The position numbers were made by a program, and so were the translations under genes. This document shows positions 38,013-48,008 of a stretch of DNA of 64,000 nt, piece after piece. Within the stretch, counting starts at the first letter, position 1. Each line of letters starts with the position of its first letter. The notes below the pieces were generated by a model. That model worked only from the letters and a program-made list of their open reading frames with translations, did no database searches and was not told the DNA's origin. The stretch comes from an uncultured Sangeribacter sp. (GTDB lineage Bacteria; Bacteroidota; Bacteroidia; Bacteroidales; Muribaculaceae), in the NCBI GenBank assembly GCA_964399005.1, contig CAYNPB010000001.1:4776-68775 (forward strand), in the 5' to 3' direction.

Positions 38013-40469
38013 ATGAGATTAGTTGACCTTCAGCCGGGTGAAACCGGCGTTATTACCAAGATACTCGGACATGGTGCTTTCCGAAAAAGGGTGATGGAGA
38101 TAGGGTTTGTTCGCGGCCGGGAAGTGACCTGTATGCTGAATGCTCCTCTTATGGATCCTGTGAAATATGCCCTGATGGATTATGAGGTGTCACTTCGCCG
38201 CAATGAGGCCTCAATGATTGAGATCATGCCTGTACAAGAATGGCATGAGCATGAACCGGATGCCGACAAGGCGGAGAAAAAAGCCACAGCCCTTCATGAT
38301 GAGAATGCGTCTCATGCAGTAAGACACGACAAGATCATCAATGTAGCTCTTCTTGGAAATCCAAACTGCGGAAAGACTTCTCTGTTTAACATAGTGAGCG
38401 GAGCCAATGAGCATGTAGGGAATTATGCCGGTGTGACAGTGGATGCAAAGTCTGGCCATCTAAATTACAAGGGCTATCGAATCAATATTGTAGACCTCCC
38501 CGGCACTTACTCCCTCTCGGCTTACAGCCCTGAGGAGCAATATGTGGTGCGCTATCTTCGCGATGAGACACCGGATGTCATGATCAATGTGATAGTGGCT
38601 TCGAATCTTGAACGCAACTTATACATGACAACGGAACTCATCGATATGAACCGTCCAATGGTGATAGCCCTCAACATGTATGACGAACTGGAGAAATCCG
38701 GAGCCACACTGAAATATAAGGAGCTTGGCGCAATGCTTGGAGTGCCTATCGTTCCGACTGTAGCGTCGACCGGCAGGGGAGTGCATGAACTTCTCGATAC
38801 AGTCATCGAGGTATACGAAATGAAACATCCTGATATCCGTCATATTCATGTAAAGATGAGTCCGGAGATAGAATCCGGGGTTGACGTATTAAGAGCTGAT
38901 TTGAAAGCCGATTCAGATGTACCCCCACATTTCGCAACACGATATCTTGCCATAAAACTGTTGGAAGGCGACCCGGAGGCGGAACTGCTGATCAAACACA
39001 CACCTGATTACCAAAAGATAATAGATGATAGAGACCGGGTAGCCGCTGAAATAAAGCAGAAAATCAATGAAGACGTACAGACAGCAATAGCTGCAAATAA
39101 ATATGGATTCATTCAGGGAGCGCTTGCTGAGACACTTGAAGGAAACCTCGTACATGAGGAAAAGACCACGAAAATCATTGATGCATTGGTGACCAACAAA
39201 CTATTTGGTTTTCCGATCTTTCTCGCAGCCATGTTTTTCATATTCTGGTGCACTTTTGAACTGGGTTCATATCCTATGGAATGGATCGAGGACCTCGTAG
39301 GCTGGATCTCACAACAGGCATCTCGATTTATGCCTGACGGACCACTGAAAGACCTGGTGCTTGATGGCATCATCGGAGGAGTAGGCGGAGTCATAGTATT
39401 CCTTCCTAACATACTTATACTCTACTTCTTCATTTCCTTTATGGAGGATAGTGGTTATATGGCACGAGTAGCGTTTATCATGGATAAGCTAATGCATAAG
39501 ATGGGGCTTCACGGCAAAAGTTTCATTCCCCTTGTCACAGGATTTGGATGCAATGTTCCTGCTATAATGTCGACACGCATCATCGAAAGCAGATCAAGCC
39601 GACTGATCACTATCCTGATTCTTCCATTTATGTCATGCTCGGCCCGATTGCCCATTTATGTGCTATTGGCAGGAGCGTTCTTCCCTCATCATGGGGCATT
39701 GGCCTTCTTCGGATTATATCTTTTGGGAATAATAGTGGCCATTCTGACAGCTAAAATGTTGAGAAAATTCTGGTTTAAGGATGACGAGACACCCTTCGTC
39801 ATGGAATTGCCGCCATATCGAGTGCCAACATATAAGGCAGTGATGCGCAGCATGTGGTCGAAGGCCAAGCAATATCTGCAGAAGATGGGTGGCCTGATAT
39901 TAGTAGCCTCAATTATTATTTGGGCATTGTCGTATTTCCCACAATATACTTTTGAAGAAGTGCCTCAATCCTTCGTTGAATCTACTATAACTGAAATGCC
40001 TTCGGAAGAGAAAGCAGATAAGACCGAAGCAGAAATCCAGGAGCTTGTGCTTCACACTTACCAGCAAGAACATTCGATACTTGGCAATATCGGCAAATTC
40101 TGTGAACCGGTAGTCCGTCCGATGGAACTTGGGTGGCAATCATGTGTGGCGCTTATAGCCGGCATGGCTGCTAAAGAGGTAGTTGTCTCTACAATGGGTG
40201 TGCTATATGTAGGGGATGACGATGCAGAAGCCCTTAGCGAAAGACTTAAGACACCATCTCCACTCACCGGGAAAGCGCCCTTCACGACAGCCTCAGCCAT
40301 AGCCTTCCTTGTGTTTGTCTTGCTATATTTCCCATGTATAGCTACGCTCACAGCTACGATAAGAGAGACGGGGAGCTGGAAATATGGACTCTTCTCACTG
40401 TGCTATAACACTGTCTTGGCATGGATATTGGCCGTAATTGCCTTTAACATTGCAAATCTTTTTGCTTAG
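38013..40469 (+). CDS. feoB: Ferrous iron transporter FeoB with N-terminal FeoA domain
   Basis: FeoA-like N-terminus (APLMDP), GNPNCGKT, VGNYAGVTV, DLPGTYSL, GFGCNVPA, FMSCSARL, YFPCIA. Confidence 0.95.
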   Translation: MRLVDLQPGETGVITKILGHGAFRKRVMEIGFVRGREVTCMLNAPLMDPVKYALMDYEVSLRRNEASMIEIMPVQEWHEHEPDADKAEKKATALHDENASHAVRHDKIINVALLGNPNCGKTSLFNIVSGANEHVGNYAGVTVDAKSGHLNYKGYRINIVDLPGTYSLSAYSPEEQYVVRYLRDETPDVMINVIVASNLERNLYMTTELIDMNRPMVIALNMYDELEKSGATLKYKELGAMLGVPIVPTVASTGRGVHELLDTVIEVYEMKHPDIRHIHVKMSPEIESGVDVLRADLKADSDVPPHFATRYLAIKLLEGDPEAELLIKHTPDYQKIIDDRDRVAAEIKQKINEDVQTAIAANKYGFIQGALAETLEGNLVHEEKTTKIIDALVTNKLFGFPIFLAAMFFIFWCTFELGSYPMEWIEDLVGWISQQASRFMPDGPLKDLVLDGIIGGVGGVIVFLPNILILYFFISFMEDSGYMARVAFIMDKLMHKMGLHGKSFIPLVTGFGCNVPAIMSTRIIESRSSRLITILILPFMSCSARLPIYVLLAGAFFPHHGALAFFGLYLLGIIVAILTAKMLRKFWFKDDETPFVMELPPYRVPTYKAVMRSMWSKAKQYLQKMGGLILVASIIIWALSYFPQYTFEEVPQSFVESTITEMPSEEKADKTEAEIQELVLHTYQQEHSILGNIGKFCEPVVRPMELGWQSCVALIAGMAAKEVVVSTMGVLYVGDDDAEALSERLKTPSPLTGKAPFTTASAIAFLVFVLLYFPCIATLTATIRETGSWKYGLFSLCYNTVLAWILAVIAFNIANLFA

Positions 40470-40515
40470 ACTGCATGTTTCATACTTAAAAAGCAATGTT
40501 TTCCGTTATAGAAAT

Positions 40516-41898
40516 ATGATACGGAAAACATTGCTTTTATTATTGACATCCGGTGCGTTTTCAGCGTCCGTTTTCTCCCAGTCACTAAGCTTCACAGGCA
40601 ATACGCTTAAGGTGATAGAAGAGACTCCTGAAAAATCAACAGGACTCGAAAAGATATATGTGCTCCATACGGTGCAGGGCGTCTCTGTTTCGTATACGTC
40701 TTCTTCGGGCAACCGAATCAACTGGCTCCAATATGGAAATCTTGGGGGTGGGCATGCAGAAGAGGCAGCGTCCACTCAATCGGGCAACACCAGTACTCTT
40801 GCCCAGCTTGAAGGAGACAAAGGATACATCATTGAGGATGGAGATAGAAGGTATTGTTTCTGGATCACGGATTATCTTCCGCATCAGCTAAGACTTCAAT
40901 CGGCCTCACCATCACCTGACCAAGAATGCGGCGTGTCGATAATCAATGTCTCCGGCTCAGGAGATCCGATAAGATATTACACTATCAATGGAATACAGAA
41001 GACGCTAAATCAGGGAATCACGATCGAATATACTACTCAGGAATGGGCAGAAGGCCCGACACAAGGGTATTTTCAGGATGTAACTACAATGAAGACTTTT
41101 GAGAGCCTTCAATCTGAATATCGGCTCTCTCCTCCCAACTATTGCGCTTCAACGTTCAAAGTGACAGGAGATCGGTTTCTTAAGGCATGGAATCAAGAAA
41201 CATCTGTCGAGACAATGACTTTGCAACCGACGTCGGTAGATGCCCACACAGAAGCCATTCAGCACAGTGCGTCTTCCGACGAGACAGATGACACCGAGAA
41301 AGCAAGCAATCAGATTGGGAGCAGTGACAACGAAGGTCTTGGAGGGTCGGCACCATGCGACATCAGTTTTCAGGCTTATGTGACTGATGGAGTGATTCAC
41401 AATGAATGGCAGCTGACACGTGATCCTAATTTTGAAAATATCGATTTCCGATTCACAACCCAAGACCTTGACTATACTTTCCTTGACGAAGGGACTCATT
41501 ATTTGCGCTATATAGGGAGCAATGCAGATGGCAGCTGTGAATATGTCAGCGATACATATGAAGTGACGATAGGAGAGAGCCAACTTAAGATTCCGAATGC
41601 CTTTTCGCCAAATGGCGATGGTGTCAACGACGAGTGGAAAGTAGCATACAAATCACTTTTGAAATTCCAATGCTCCATCTTCGATCGTCAAGGTCATCTT
41701 GTCTACCATTTCACTTCTCCGGATCAAGGTTGGGACGGGAAAGTGCATGGAAAGACAGTGAAATCCGGAGTCTTCTATTATGTCATAGAAGCCACAGGGA
41801 CAGATGGCAAGAAATATAAGAAGAGTGGAGACATAAATATTGTGAAATTTGTAGGAGTGACAGGCACTACATCAGGAAATGAACAATATGAGCAATAA
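40516..41898 (+). CDS. Secreted protein with gliding-motility-associated (type B T9SS) C-terminal domain
   Basis: Signal peptide at MIRKT; IPNAFSPNGDGVNDEW...IFDRQG...GWDG...GVFYY motif. Confidence 0.85.
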   Translation: MIRKTLLLLLTSGAFSASVFSQSLSFTGNTLKVIEETPEKSTGLEKIYVLHTVQGVSVSYTSSSGNRINWLQYGNLGGGHAEEAASTQSGNTSTLAQLEGDKGYIIEDGDRRYCFWITDYLPHQLRLQSASPSPDQECGVSIINVSGSGDPIRYYTINGIQKTLNQGITIEYTTQEWAEGPTQGYFQDVTTMKTFESLQSEYRLSPPNYCASTFKVTGDRFLKAWNQETSVETMTLQPTSVDAHTEAIQHSASSDETDDTEKASNQIGSSDNEGLGGSAPCDISFQAYVTDGVIHNEWQLTRDPNFENIDFRFTTQDLDYTFLDEGTHYLRYIGSNADGSCEYVSDTYEVTIGESQLKIPNAFSPNGDGVNDEWKVAYKSLLKFQCSIFDRQGHLVYHFTSPDQGWDGKVHGKTVKSGVFYYVIEATGTDGKKYKKSGDINIVKFVGVTGTTSGNEQYEQ

Positions 41899-41942
41899 TG
41901 GCATGATATTTGTTATAAATATTGAAAAACACACCATAAAAT

Positions 41943-44765
41943 ATGAATGAAGATATTAAGGCGGCGGACCGCATCGAAGTTTCCGGTGCCCGGGTCCACA
42001 ACCTCAAAAATATAGATGTAACCATTCCCCACAACGCGCTAAGTGTCATCACAGGACTTAGCGGTTGTGGGAAATCTTCGCTTGCCTTCGACACTATTTT
42101 TGCCGAAGGCCAACGTCGCTATATAGAGACGTTTTCAGCCTATGCCCGAAATTTGCTTGGGAACATGGAGCGTCCTGATGTAGATAAGATAACCGGGCTA
42201 AACCCAGTCATAAGTATTGAGCAGAAGACAACTAACAACAATCCCCGATCTACAATAGGCACTACAACGGAAATATACGACTTTTTCCGTCTTCTCTTCG
42301 CGCGACTTGGTGAGCCTCGCAGCTACATCAGTGGCAAGCAGATGGTGAAATACACAAAAGAGAAGATTGTAGAGATGGTCAGCAAGACTTTTGCCGACCG
42401 CAAGATTTATGTGCTTGCCCCCCTTGTGAGAAACCGAAAAGGTCATTATAAGGAATTGTTTGAGAATCTTAGAAAAAAGGGATACCTCAATGTGCGTGTA
42501 GATGGTGAACTCAAAGAACTTGCTTTCGGGATGAAGACCGACCGCTACCGCAACCACGACATCGAACTTGTAATAGACCGAATGAAGGTAAGGGAGAATG
42601 AGCAGGACCGACTGAAAAAAGCAGTGGAAGAGGCTCTTAAGCAGGGTGATAAGCAGATGATGGTGATAGATATGGAGACCGGTCAACTTCATCATTTCTC
42701 TCTGCTACTGATGGATTCTGAAAATGGTCTGTCATATCCCGAACCGGCACCACATAATTTCTCATTCAACTCGCCGCAGGGAGCTTGCCGGAGATGCAAA
42801 GGTTTGGGAGAAGTGAACATCGTGGATGTCGACAAGATTATTCCTGACCGAAACAAATCAATCTACGATGGAGGGATAGTGCCACTCGGGAAATATAAGA
42901 ACAGTATGATCTTCATGCAGATTGAAGCAATCTGCAAACTATATGGAGCTACACTTAAGACTCCAATAAAGAATCTTTCAGAAGAGGCTCTTGACGATAT
43001 TCTTAATGGTACAGATGCCAGATTGGCAATCACAAGCATTCAGACCTATTCGTACGAATCGAATTATGAAGGACTTGTAAAATATATAGAAGCTCAGCAG
43101 TCGGATGATTTTGGAAGTGAGGCCAAGAAATGGAGCGACCAGTTCTATACGAGAACTGTCTGTCCGGAATGTGGAGGTCAGAGACTCAATAAAATTTCCT
43201 TGCACTACTTCATCGACGGCAAGAACATCGCGGATGTAGCCACCATGGACATAAAGGAACTATATGAATGGACGCAAGGGCTGGAAGATAGAGTTGACAG
43301 CCAGCGGCGATTGGTAGCTGTAGAGATCATGAAGGAGATTCGTTCCCGATTGAAGTTTCTTCTTGATGTTGGTCTTGATTATCTTTCACTCAACCGTCCG
43401 AGTTCTTCACTCTCCGGCGGTGAGAGTCAGCGTATTAGACTGGCAACCCAGATCGGCAGCCAACTCGTCAATGTGCTTTATATTCTCGATGAACCATCGA
43501 TTGGACTACACCAACGTGATAATGAGCGACTGATCAACAGTCTGAAGCAGCTAAGAGACAATGGCAATTCAATCATCGTCGTCGAGCACGACAAGGATAT
43601 AATGAATGAGGCTGACTATATTGTGGATATCGGTCCGGGCGCAGGGCGTAAAGGTGGAAATGTAGTTTTTCAGGGAACTCCTTCTGAGATGAAGAAGACA
43701 CACACGCTGACTGCAACTTATCTTAATGGAGAGAATGCTATAGATGTTCCTAATGAGAGACGCCGTGGAAATGGGACGTCACTTATAATCAAAGGGGCTA
43801 CCGGACACAATCTAAAAGATGTAGATGTGGAGTTTCCCCTCGGGAAATTTATTTGTGTGACAGGAGTTTCTGGATCCGGAAAGTCGAGTCTTGTCAATGG
43901 CACTTTGCAGCCCATTTTGAGTCAGAAATTTTATCGTTCTAATACTTCGCCTCTTCCATACCGGGAGATTGTAGGAATTGAGAATGTAGATAAGGTAGTG
44001 ACTGTGGATCAGTCGCCTCTTGGAAGGTCGCCTCGATCGAATCCTGCTACATATACAGGAGTTTTTACGGATATCCGCAAGCTATTTATGGAGCTTCCGG
44101 AGTCGAAGATACGAGGCTACAAACCGGGCAGATTCTCTTTTAATGTGAGTGGCGGCCGATGCGAGACTTGCAAGGGAAATGGTTATCGTACTATCGAGAT
44201 GAATTTCCTTCCGGATGTGCTTGTGCCATGTGAGGAATGTCACGGTAAAAGATACAATCGCGAGACTCTGGAGGTGAGATATAAGGGAAAATCCATTGCC
44301 GATGTCTTGGAGATGACAGTAAATCAAGCCGTAGAATTTTTTGAGAATGTTCCTTCGATTCTGAAGAAGATCAAGGTGCTTCAAGAGATTGGACTTGGAT
44401 ATATCAAACTTGGTCAGCCGTCGAGCACTCTGAGTGGAGGTGAAAACCAACGGGTGAAACTTGCTACTGAGCTGGCAAAGAAGGATACCGGGCGTACTCT
44501 CTTTATTCTTGACGAACCCACTACGGGTCTGCATTTTCAGGATATAAAGGTGCTTCTTGGTGTCATCAACAAACTTGTAGACAAAGGGAATACGATGGTC
44601 GTAATCGAGCACAATTTGGATGTAATCAAATCTGCAGATTGGCTGATTGAGATGGGACCGGAAGGTGGAAAAGAAGGAGGACGATTGGTAGCCTCCGGAA
44701 CTCCGGAAGAGATGTCACTGCTTGACACTCCGACATCCCGCTTCCTTCGCGAAGAACTAAGATAA
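41943..44765 (+). CDS. uvrA: Excinuclease ABC subunit A
   Basis: GARVHNLKN, GLSGCGKSSLAFDT, two LSGGE signatures, GVSGSGKS, Zn fingers. Confidence 0.97.
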   Translation: MNEDIKAADRIEVSGARVHNLKNIDVTIPHNALSVITGLSGCGKSSLAFDTIFAEGQRRYIETFSAYARNLLGNMERPDVDKITGLNPVISIEQKTTNNNPRSTIGTTTEIYDFFRLLFARLGEPRSYISGKQMVKYTKEKIVEMVSKTFADRKIYVLAPLVRNRKGHYKELFENLRKKGYLNVRVDGELKELAFGMKTDRYRNHDIELVIDRMKVRENEQDRLKKAVEEALKQGDKQMMVIDMETGQLHHFSLLLMDSENGLSYPEPAPHNFSFNSPQGACRRCKGLGEVNIVDVDKIIPDRNKSIYDGGIVPLGKYKNSMIFMQIEAICKLYGATLKTPIKNLSEEALDDILNGTDARLAITSIQTYSYESNYEGLVKYIEAQQSDDFGSEAKKWSDQFYTRTVCPECGGQRLNKISLHYFIDGKNIADVATMDIKELYEWTQGLEDRVDSQRRLVAVEIMKEIRSRLKFLLDVGLDYLSLNRPSSSLSGGESQRIRLATQIGSQLVNVLYILDEPSIGLHQRDNERLINSLKQLRDNGNSIIVVEHDKDIMNEADYIVDIGPGAGRKGGNVVFQGTPSEMKKTHTLTATYLNGENAIDVPNERRRGNGTSLIIKGATGHNLKDVDVEFPLGKFICVTGVSGSGKSSLVNGTLQPILSQKFYRSNTSPLPYREIVGIENVDKVVTVDQSPLGRSPRSNPATYTGVFTDIRKLFMELPESKIRGYKPGRFSFNVSGGRCETCKGNGYRTIEMNFLPDVLVPCEECHGKRYNRETLEVRYKGKSIADVLEMTVNQAVEFFENVPSILKKIKVLQEIGLGYIKLGQPSSTLSGGENQRVKLATELAKKDTGRTLFILDEPTTGLHFQDIKVLLGVINKLVDKGNTMVVIEHNLDVIKSADWLIEMGPEGGKEGGRLVASGTPEEMSLLDTPTSRFLREELR

Positions 44766-44768
44766 CAA

Positions 44769-44802
44769 AAAGCGGTGCAGACAAAAAAATCTGCACCGCT
44801 TT
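44769..44802. terminator. Bidirectional terminator
   Basis: AAAGCGGTGCAGA/TCTGCACCGCTTT 13-bp stem between convergent genes. Confidence 0.8.
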
Positions 44803-44834
44803 GGGTTATCTATGGATCCTTAGAAGAGGTTGCA

Positions 44835-45149
44835 TTATTCTTTTGCGATGATTTTAGCGGGATCGGTGCGCATTATCTTATGTATTTGCAATCCTACTAC
44901 TGCAAATATTAAAACTATTACAGTAAGGCATCCCATAATAATGGGCATAGTGGGAGAGAGAGATACCTTAGGATCAATCTCTTTTAATGAATTGCTGATA
45001 GGAGATGGCTCATATAGGAGCAAAATAGAGTGTGTAAATGCGAGGGTCACAATCCCTATTGCAATGCATAAGATACTTAATATCGTCTGAAGCTTGTACT
45101 TCATCAGGTTGCGGCAAGCAACTTTAAGATTATGCAGTATCATATTCAT
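44835..45149 (-). pseudogene. Internally deleted MacB/FtsX-type permease (N-terminus fused in frame to C-terminus), 104 aa
   Basis: First ~50 aa match the N-terminus and last ~53 aa match the C-terminus of the 792-aa permease at 48009-50387. Confidence 0.75.
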
Positions 45150-45173
45150 CTTGTAATCCGTATATTGAGAATA

Positions 45174-45270
45174 CAAAGATAAAAGAATAATAGCTCACTA
45201 CAAAGAATCTTACACCTTCAGAATAAAAATTGGATGAAAATCATACAAAGTTTTATATGATTCTCATCCA
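45174..45270 (-). promoter_or_regulatory. Promoter plus 40-bp double-palindrome operator, copy 1
   Basis: -7 TATCTTTG (45174-45181), -33 TTTG (45201-45204), operator TGGATGAAAATCATACA-N6-TATATGATTCTCATCCA (45231-45270). Confidence 0.8.
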
Positions 45271-45323
45271 ACAAAAATATTTGATTACCCTAACGATTCG
45301 TAATGAAACCTAAGAATGAATGT

Positions 45324-47183
45324 TCAGAGCAATGATTTGATTTCCTTTATATATTTTGAATGGTCTCGGAGGTCGGGACGTCCGGTGGCATTTCCTTCAC
45401 GGTCTACAAGAATGTAGTAAGGGATGCCATCAACTTTGAATCTTTCTCTTATATTGCCTATTTGTTCTTGACTCAATTTATAGTGCAGTCCCTTGATCTT
45501 CGGAATCATTTCAAGATATTGGAAATGATCGGATGATTCATCAGCAATATAGATCCACACAATATCATCGGAGGACAATTCTCCATCCTTAAGAGGTTCA
45601 TTTTGCTTTATAGCCCTTCTGCAAGGCCCGCACCACGTATTCCACAAGTCTACAACGACGACTTTACCTTTATGGGGACCAACGATTGCATCGAAAATTT
45701 CATCGATTGCAACATCCGGTACATCTTTAGGAGTAATGGAAGCGTCCAATTTAGAAATTTTCTTGTTCATCTCAGCATAGAGAGAATCGGCTACTTGAGC
45801 AAAGAAGGGATTTGACAGTGAAGACATCTTTTCAACATCAGCTTCTGTGAGTTTTGCATTATTTGCTTTTTCTCTTACTTCATTTAGCATTCGGATAGAT
45901 TTTGACAAATCTCCTTTGACACCATAGGAATTCCAATCAGTAATCCCAAGACCATTATAACTTCCTTCAAGTAGCAAATGTGGATCCGAGACATCAAACC
46001 ATGTGGTTACTTCCCTAAAATCTTCATCTGTCAAATTGGCAGGGATTGAATCATAAGAAAATTCTTCTTTCCACCTCCCTGTAGATGTCAGATATTGATA
46101 TTTCATTAGTTCCTTGTGATGAGCTACAGCCTCAAGAATGAAATTTCGCAATGAAATGATCTGACTTGCCTTTTCCATCTCAGGAAGATTGGAATTCTTT
46201 ATGGAATCCATAGCTTCAATATAACCGCTTTTGAGGGCAGCCATATAACTTTTACGATCAAGTCTGTATAATACTTTCTCACCTTTTGAAAGATGTGAAG
46301 AATAATCCTTATTTACTTTGGAAAGCATGAGGTCGAAATTGCTCAATTTCCCATTGTGCATGACAAATAATTCTCTCGGAACTCCAATATTGCCTCGTTG
46401 TTGCATGGATTTAAATCCACTGATTGTACCATCAAGATAGCAATCAAGAGTTTCTCCCGGCTCTATATGGAAATTAGCATACGGCAGATAGTATTCCCTG
46501 TCCATGATCTGAACTGAAGCAGGACCATACTGAGTAAACTTTACGGTAGCATTTCCGTTCTCATCAAACTTCATTTCAGCACCTTTACTTCCGGATAAAG
46601 CCTCGTCTATGATAAAGCTTAGCTTGGATGCAAATTCCGGACGATCACCCAGGAAATGAACGTTGACGGTAGATTCTCCGATGGTCAGGCTTGGCTTGGG
46701 AAGAGGACCATCAGTGAAATCTTTAAGGATATCTTTAGGAAGATTTTCCGGACGAGACCAAGGCTTTTGATCAGCGTTTAGAATAATGTCAGCTAATTGC
46801 CAGTCATCGGGAGTGTCACCCTCTAAGAAATCGAATTTTTCAGTAGTGAGAGGAAGCGGATCGAAAATTAGGGTAAATGACGTGCGTCCGCTTTCGGGCA
46901 TCCACAGTTTTTCTCCAAGTTTTATATCTCGGGAAGAACGAATACCATATTTCTTTCCATTTGCTTTCAGAGCAACTGCATCTTCAAGTTTAATCCAGTT
47001 TTTTGGTCGGAAAGAAACATCGAATTTCACTATTGTAGCGGTATCCGTCAGTTCGACACGAGCTATATCAAGGATATTTGTGTTTGAATAGCTAATGATA
47101 GGGTAGTCCACAGTCTTGTTTGCTGCGGACAAATTGATACTGATGCCGGCTGCTATCGAAAGGGCTAAGCAGAGTTTTTTCAT
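45324..47183 (-). CDS. Exported TlpA-like thioredoxin-domain protein
   Basis: Signal peptide; C-terminal GKVVVVDLWNTWCGPC and GIPYYILVDREG. Confidence 0.85.
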   Translation of the reverse strand: MKKLCLALSIAAGISINLSAANKTVDYPIISYSNTNILDIARVELTDTATIVKFDVSFRPKNWIKLEDAVALKANGKKYGIRSSRDIKLGEKLWMPESGRTSFTLIFDPLPLTTEKFDFLEGDTPDDWQLADIILNADQKPWSRPENLPKDILKDFTDGPLPKPSLTIGESTVNVHFLGDRPEFASKLSFIIDEALSGSKGAEMKFDENGNATVKFTQYGPASVQIMDREYYLPYANFHIEPGETLDCYLDGTISGFKSMQQRGNIGVPRELFVMHNGKLSNFDLMLSKVNKDYSSHLSKGEKVLYRLDRKSYMAALKSGYIEAMDSIKNSNLPEMEKASQIISLRNFILEAVAHHKELMKYQYLTSTGRWKEEFSYDSIPANLTDEDFREVTTWFDVSDPHLLLEGSYNGLGITDWNSYGVKGDLSKSIRMLNEVREKANNAKLTEADVEKMSSLSNPFFAQVADSLYAEMNKKISKLDASITPKDVPDVAIDEIFDAIVGPHKGKVVVVDLWNTWCGPCRRAIKQNEPLKDGELSSDDIVWIYIADESSDHFQYLEMIPKIKGLHYKLSQEQIGNIRERFKVDGIPYYILVDREGNATGRPDLRDHSKYIKEIKSLL

Positions 47184-47306
47184 ATTTTTATAGATTTGGG
47201 TATATATTATAATATACGAAAATCAGAAGAAAATATTTAAAATCATTTATTAATTTTCTATAGATTCTCAATACATTCCTTTTCAAATAGCTCACAATCT
47301 ACTAAA

Positions 47307-47981
47307 CTATAGGTCGAGTTGGTCTACTATCCGGCCGTCGTAGAGGTTGATGATGCGATCCGCATACGCGGCGTCGTGTTGGGAGTGTGTCACCATGATG
47401 ATTGTAGTGCCCTCTTTGTTGAGCTCGCTTAGAAGATTCATCACTTCCGTGCCATTTTTTGAGTCAAGGTTTCCGGTGGGTTCGTCCGCAAGAATAATTT
47501 TCGGATTGGGAAGAACTGCACGGGCGATCGCCACTCTCTGCTGCTGCCCACCAGAGAGTTGATTTGGGAAATGCTTGCGACGATGAGAAATCGACATGCG
47601 ATCCATCACCTCCTCAATACGCTTTTTACGCTCTTTTGATGGAGTCTTCATATAGAGGAGTGGGAGCTCAATATTTTCAAAGACATTGAGTTCATCGATA
47701 AGGTTGAAACTCTGGAAAACGAATCCAATTGTCCCTTTTCTAATGTCGGTGCGGTCGTTTTCTTTTAGCTTGCTCACATCTTTACCATTAAGAGTATATT
47801 TGCCTTCGGTTGGGTTATCAAGCAATCCAAGGATATTAAGAAGTGTGGATTTTCCGCAACCGGAAGGACCCATTATAGCTACAAATTCTCCTTCTTTAAC
47901 TTCCAAATTCACTTCACGGAGAGCCCAAGTCTCGACTTCTTCAGTACGGAAGACTTTCTTTACATTTTCTAATTTGATCAT
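47307..47981 (-). CDS. ABC transporter ATP-binding protein (MacB/LolD-like)
   Basis: [41 protein letters not shown]. Confidence 0.95.
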   Translation of the reverse strand: MIKLENVKKVFRTEEVETWALREVNLEVKEGEFVAIMGPSGCGKSTLLNILGLLDNPTEGKYTLNGKDVSKLKENDRTDIRKGTIGFVFQSFNLIDELNVFENIELPLLYMKTPSKERKKRIEEVMDRMSISHRRKHFPNQLSGGQQQRVAIARAVLPNPKIILADEPTGNLDSKNGTEVMNLLSELNKEGTTIIMVTHSQHDAAYADRIINLYDGRIVDQLDL

Positions 47982-48008
47982 ATTTTTCGGGGTGTAGGGT
48001 TAACGATT

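Noticed and set aside
38013-38260. FeoA-FeoB fusion as a novelty
   Set aside because: This fusion is common in Bacteroidales.
42300-42800. Missing cysteines in the first UvrA zinc-binding module
   Set aside because: Degeneration of this module appears common in Bacteroidales UvrA, and the other motifs are intact.
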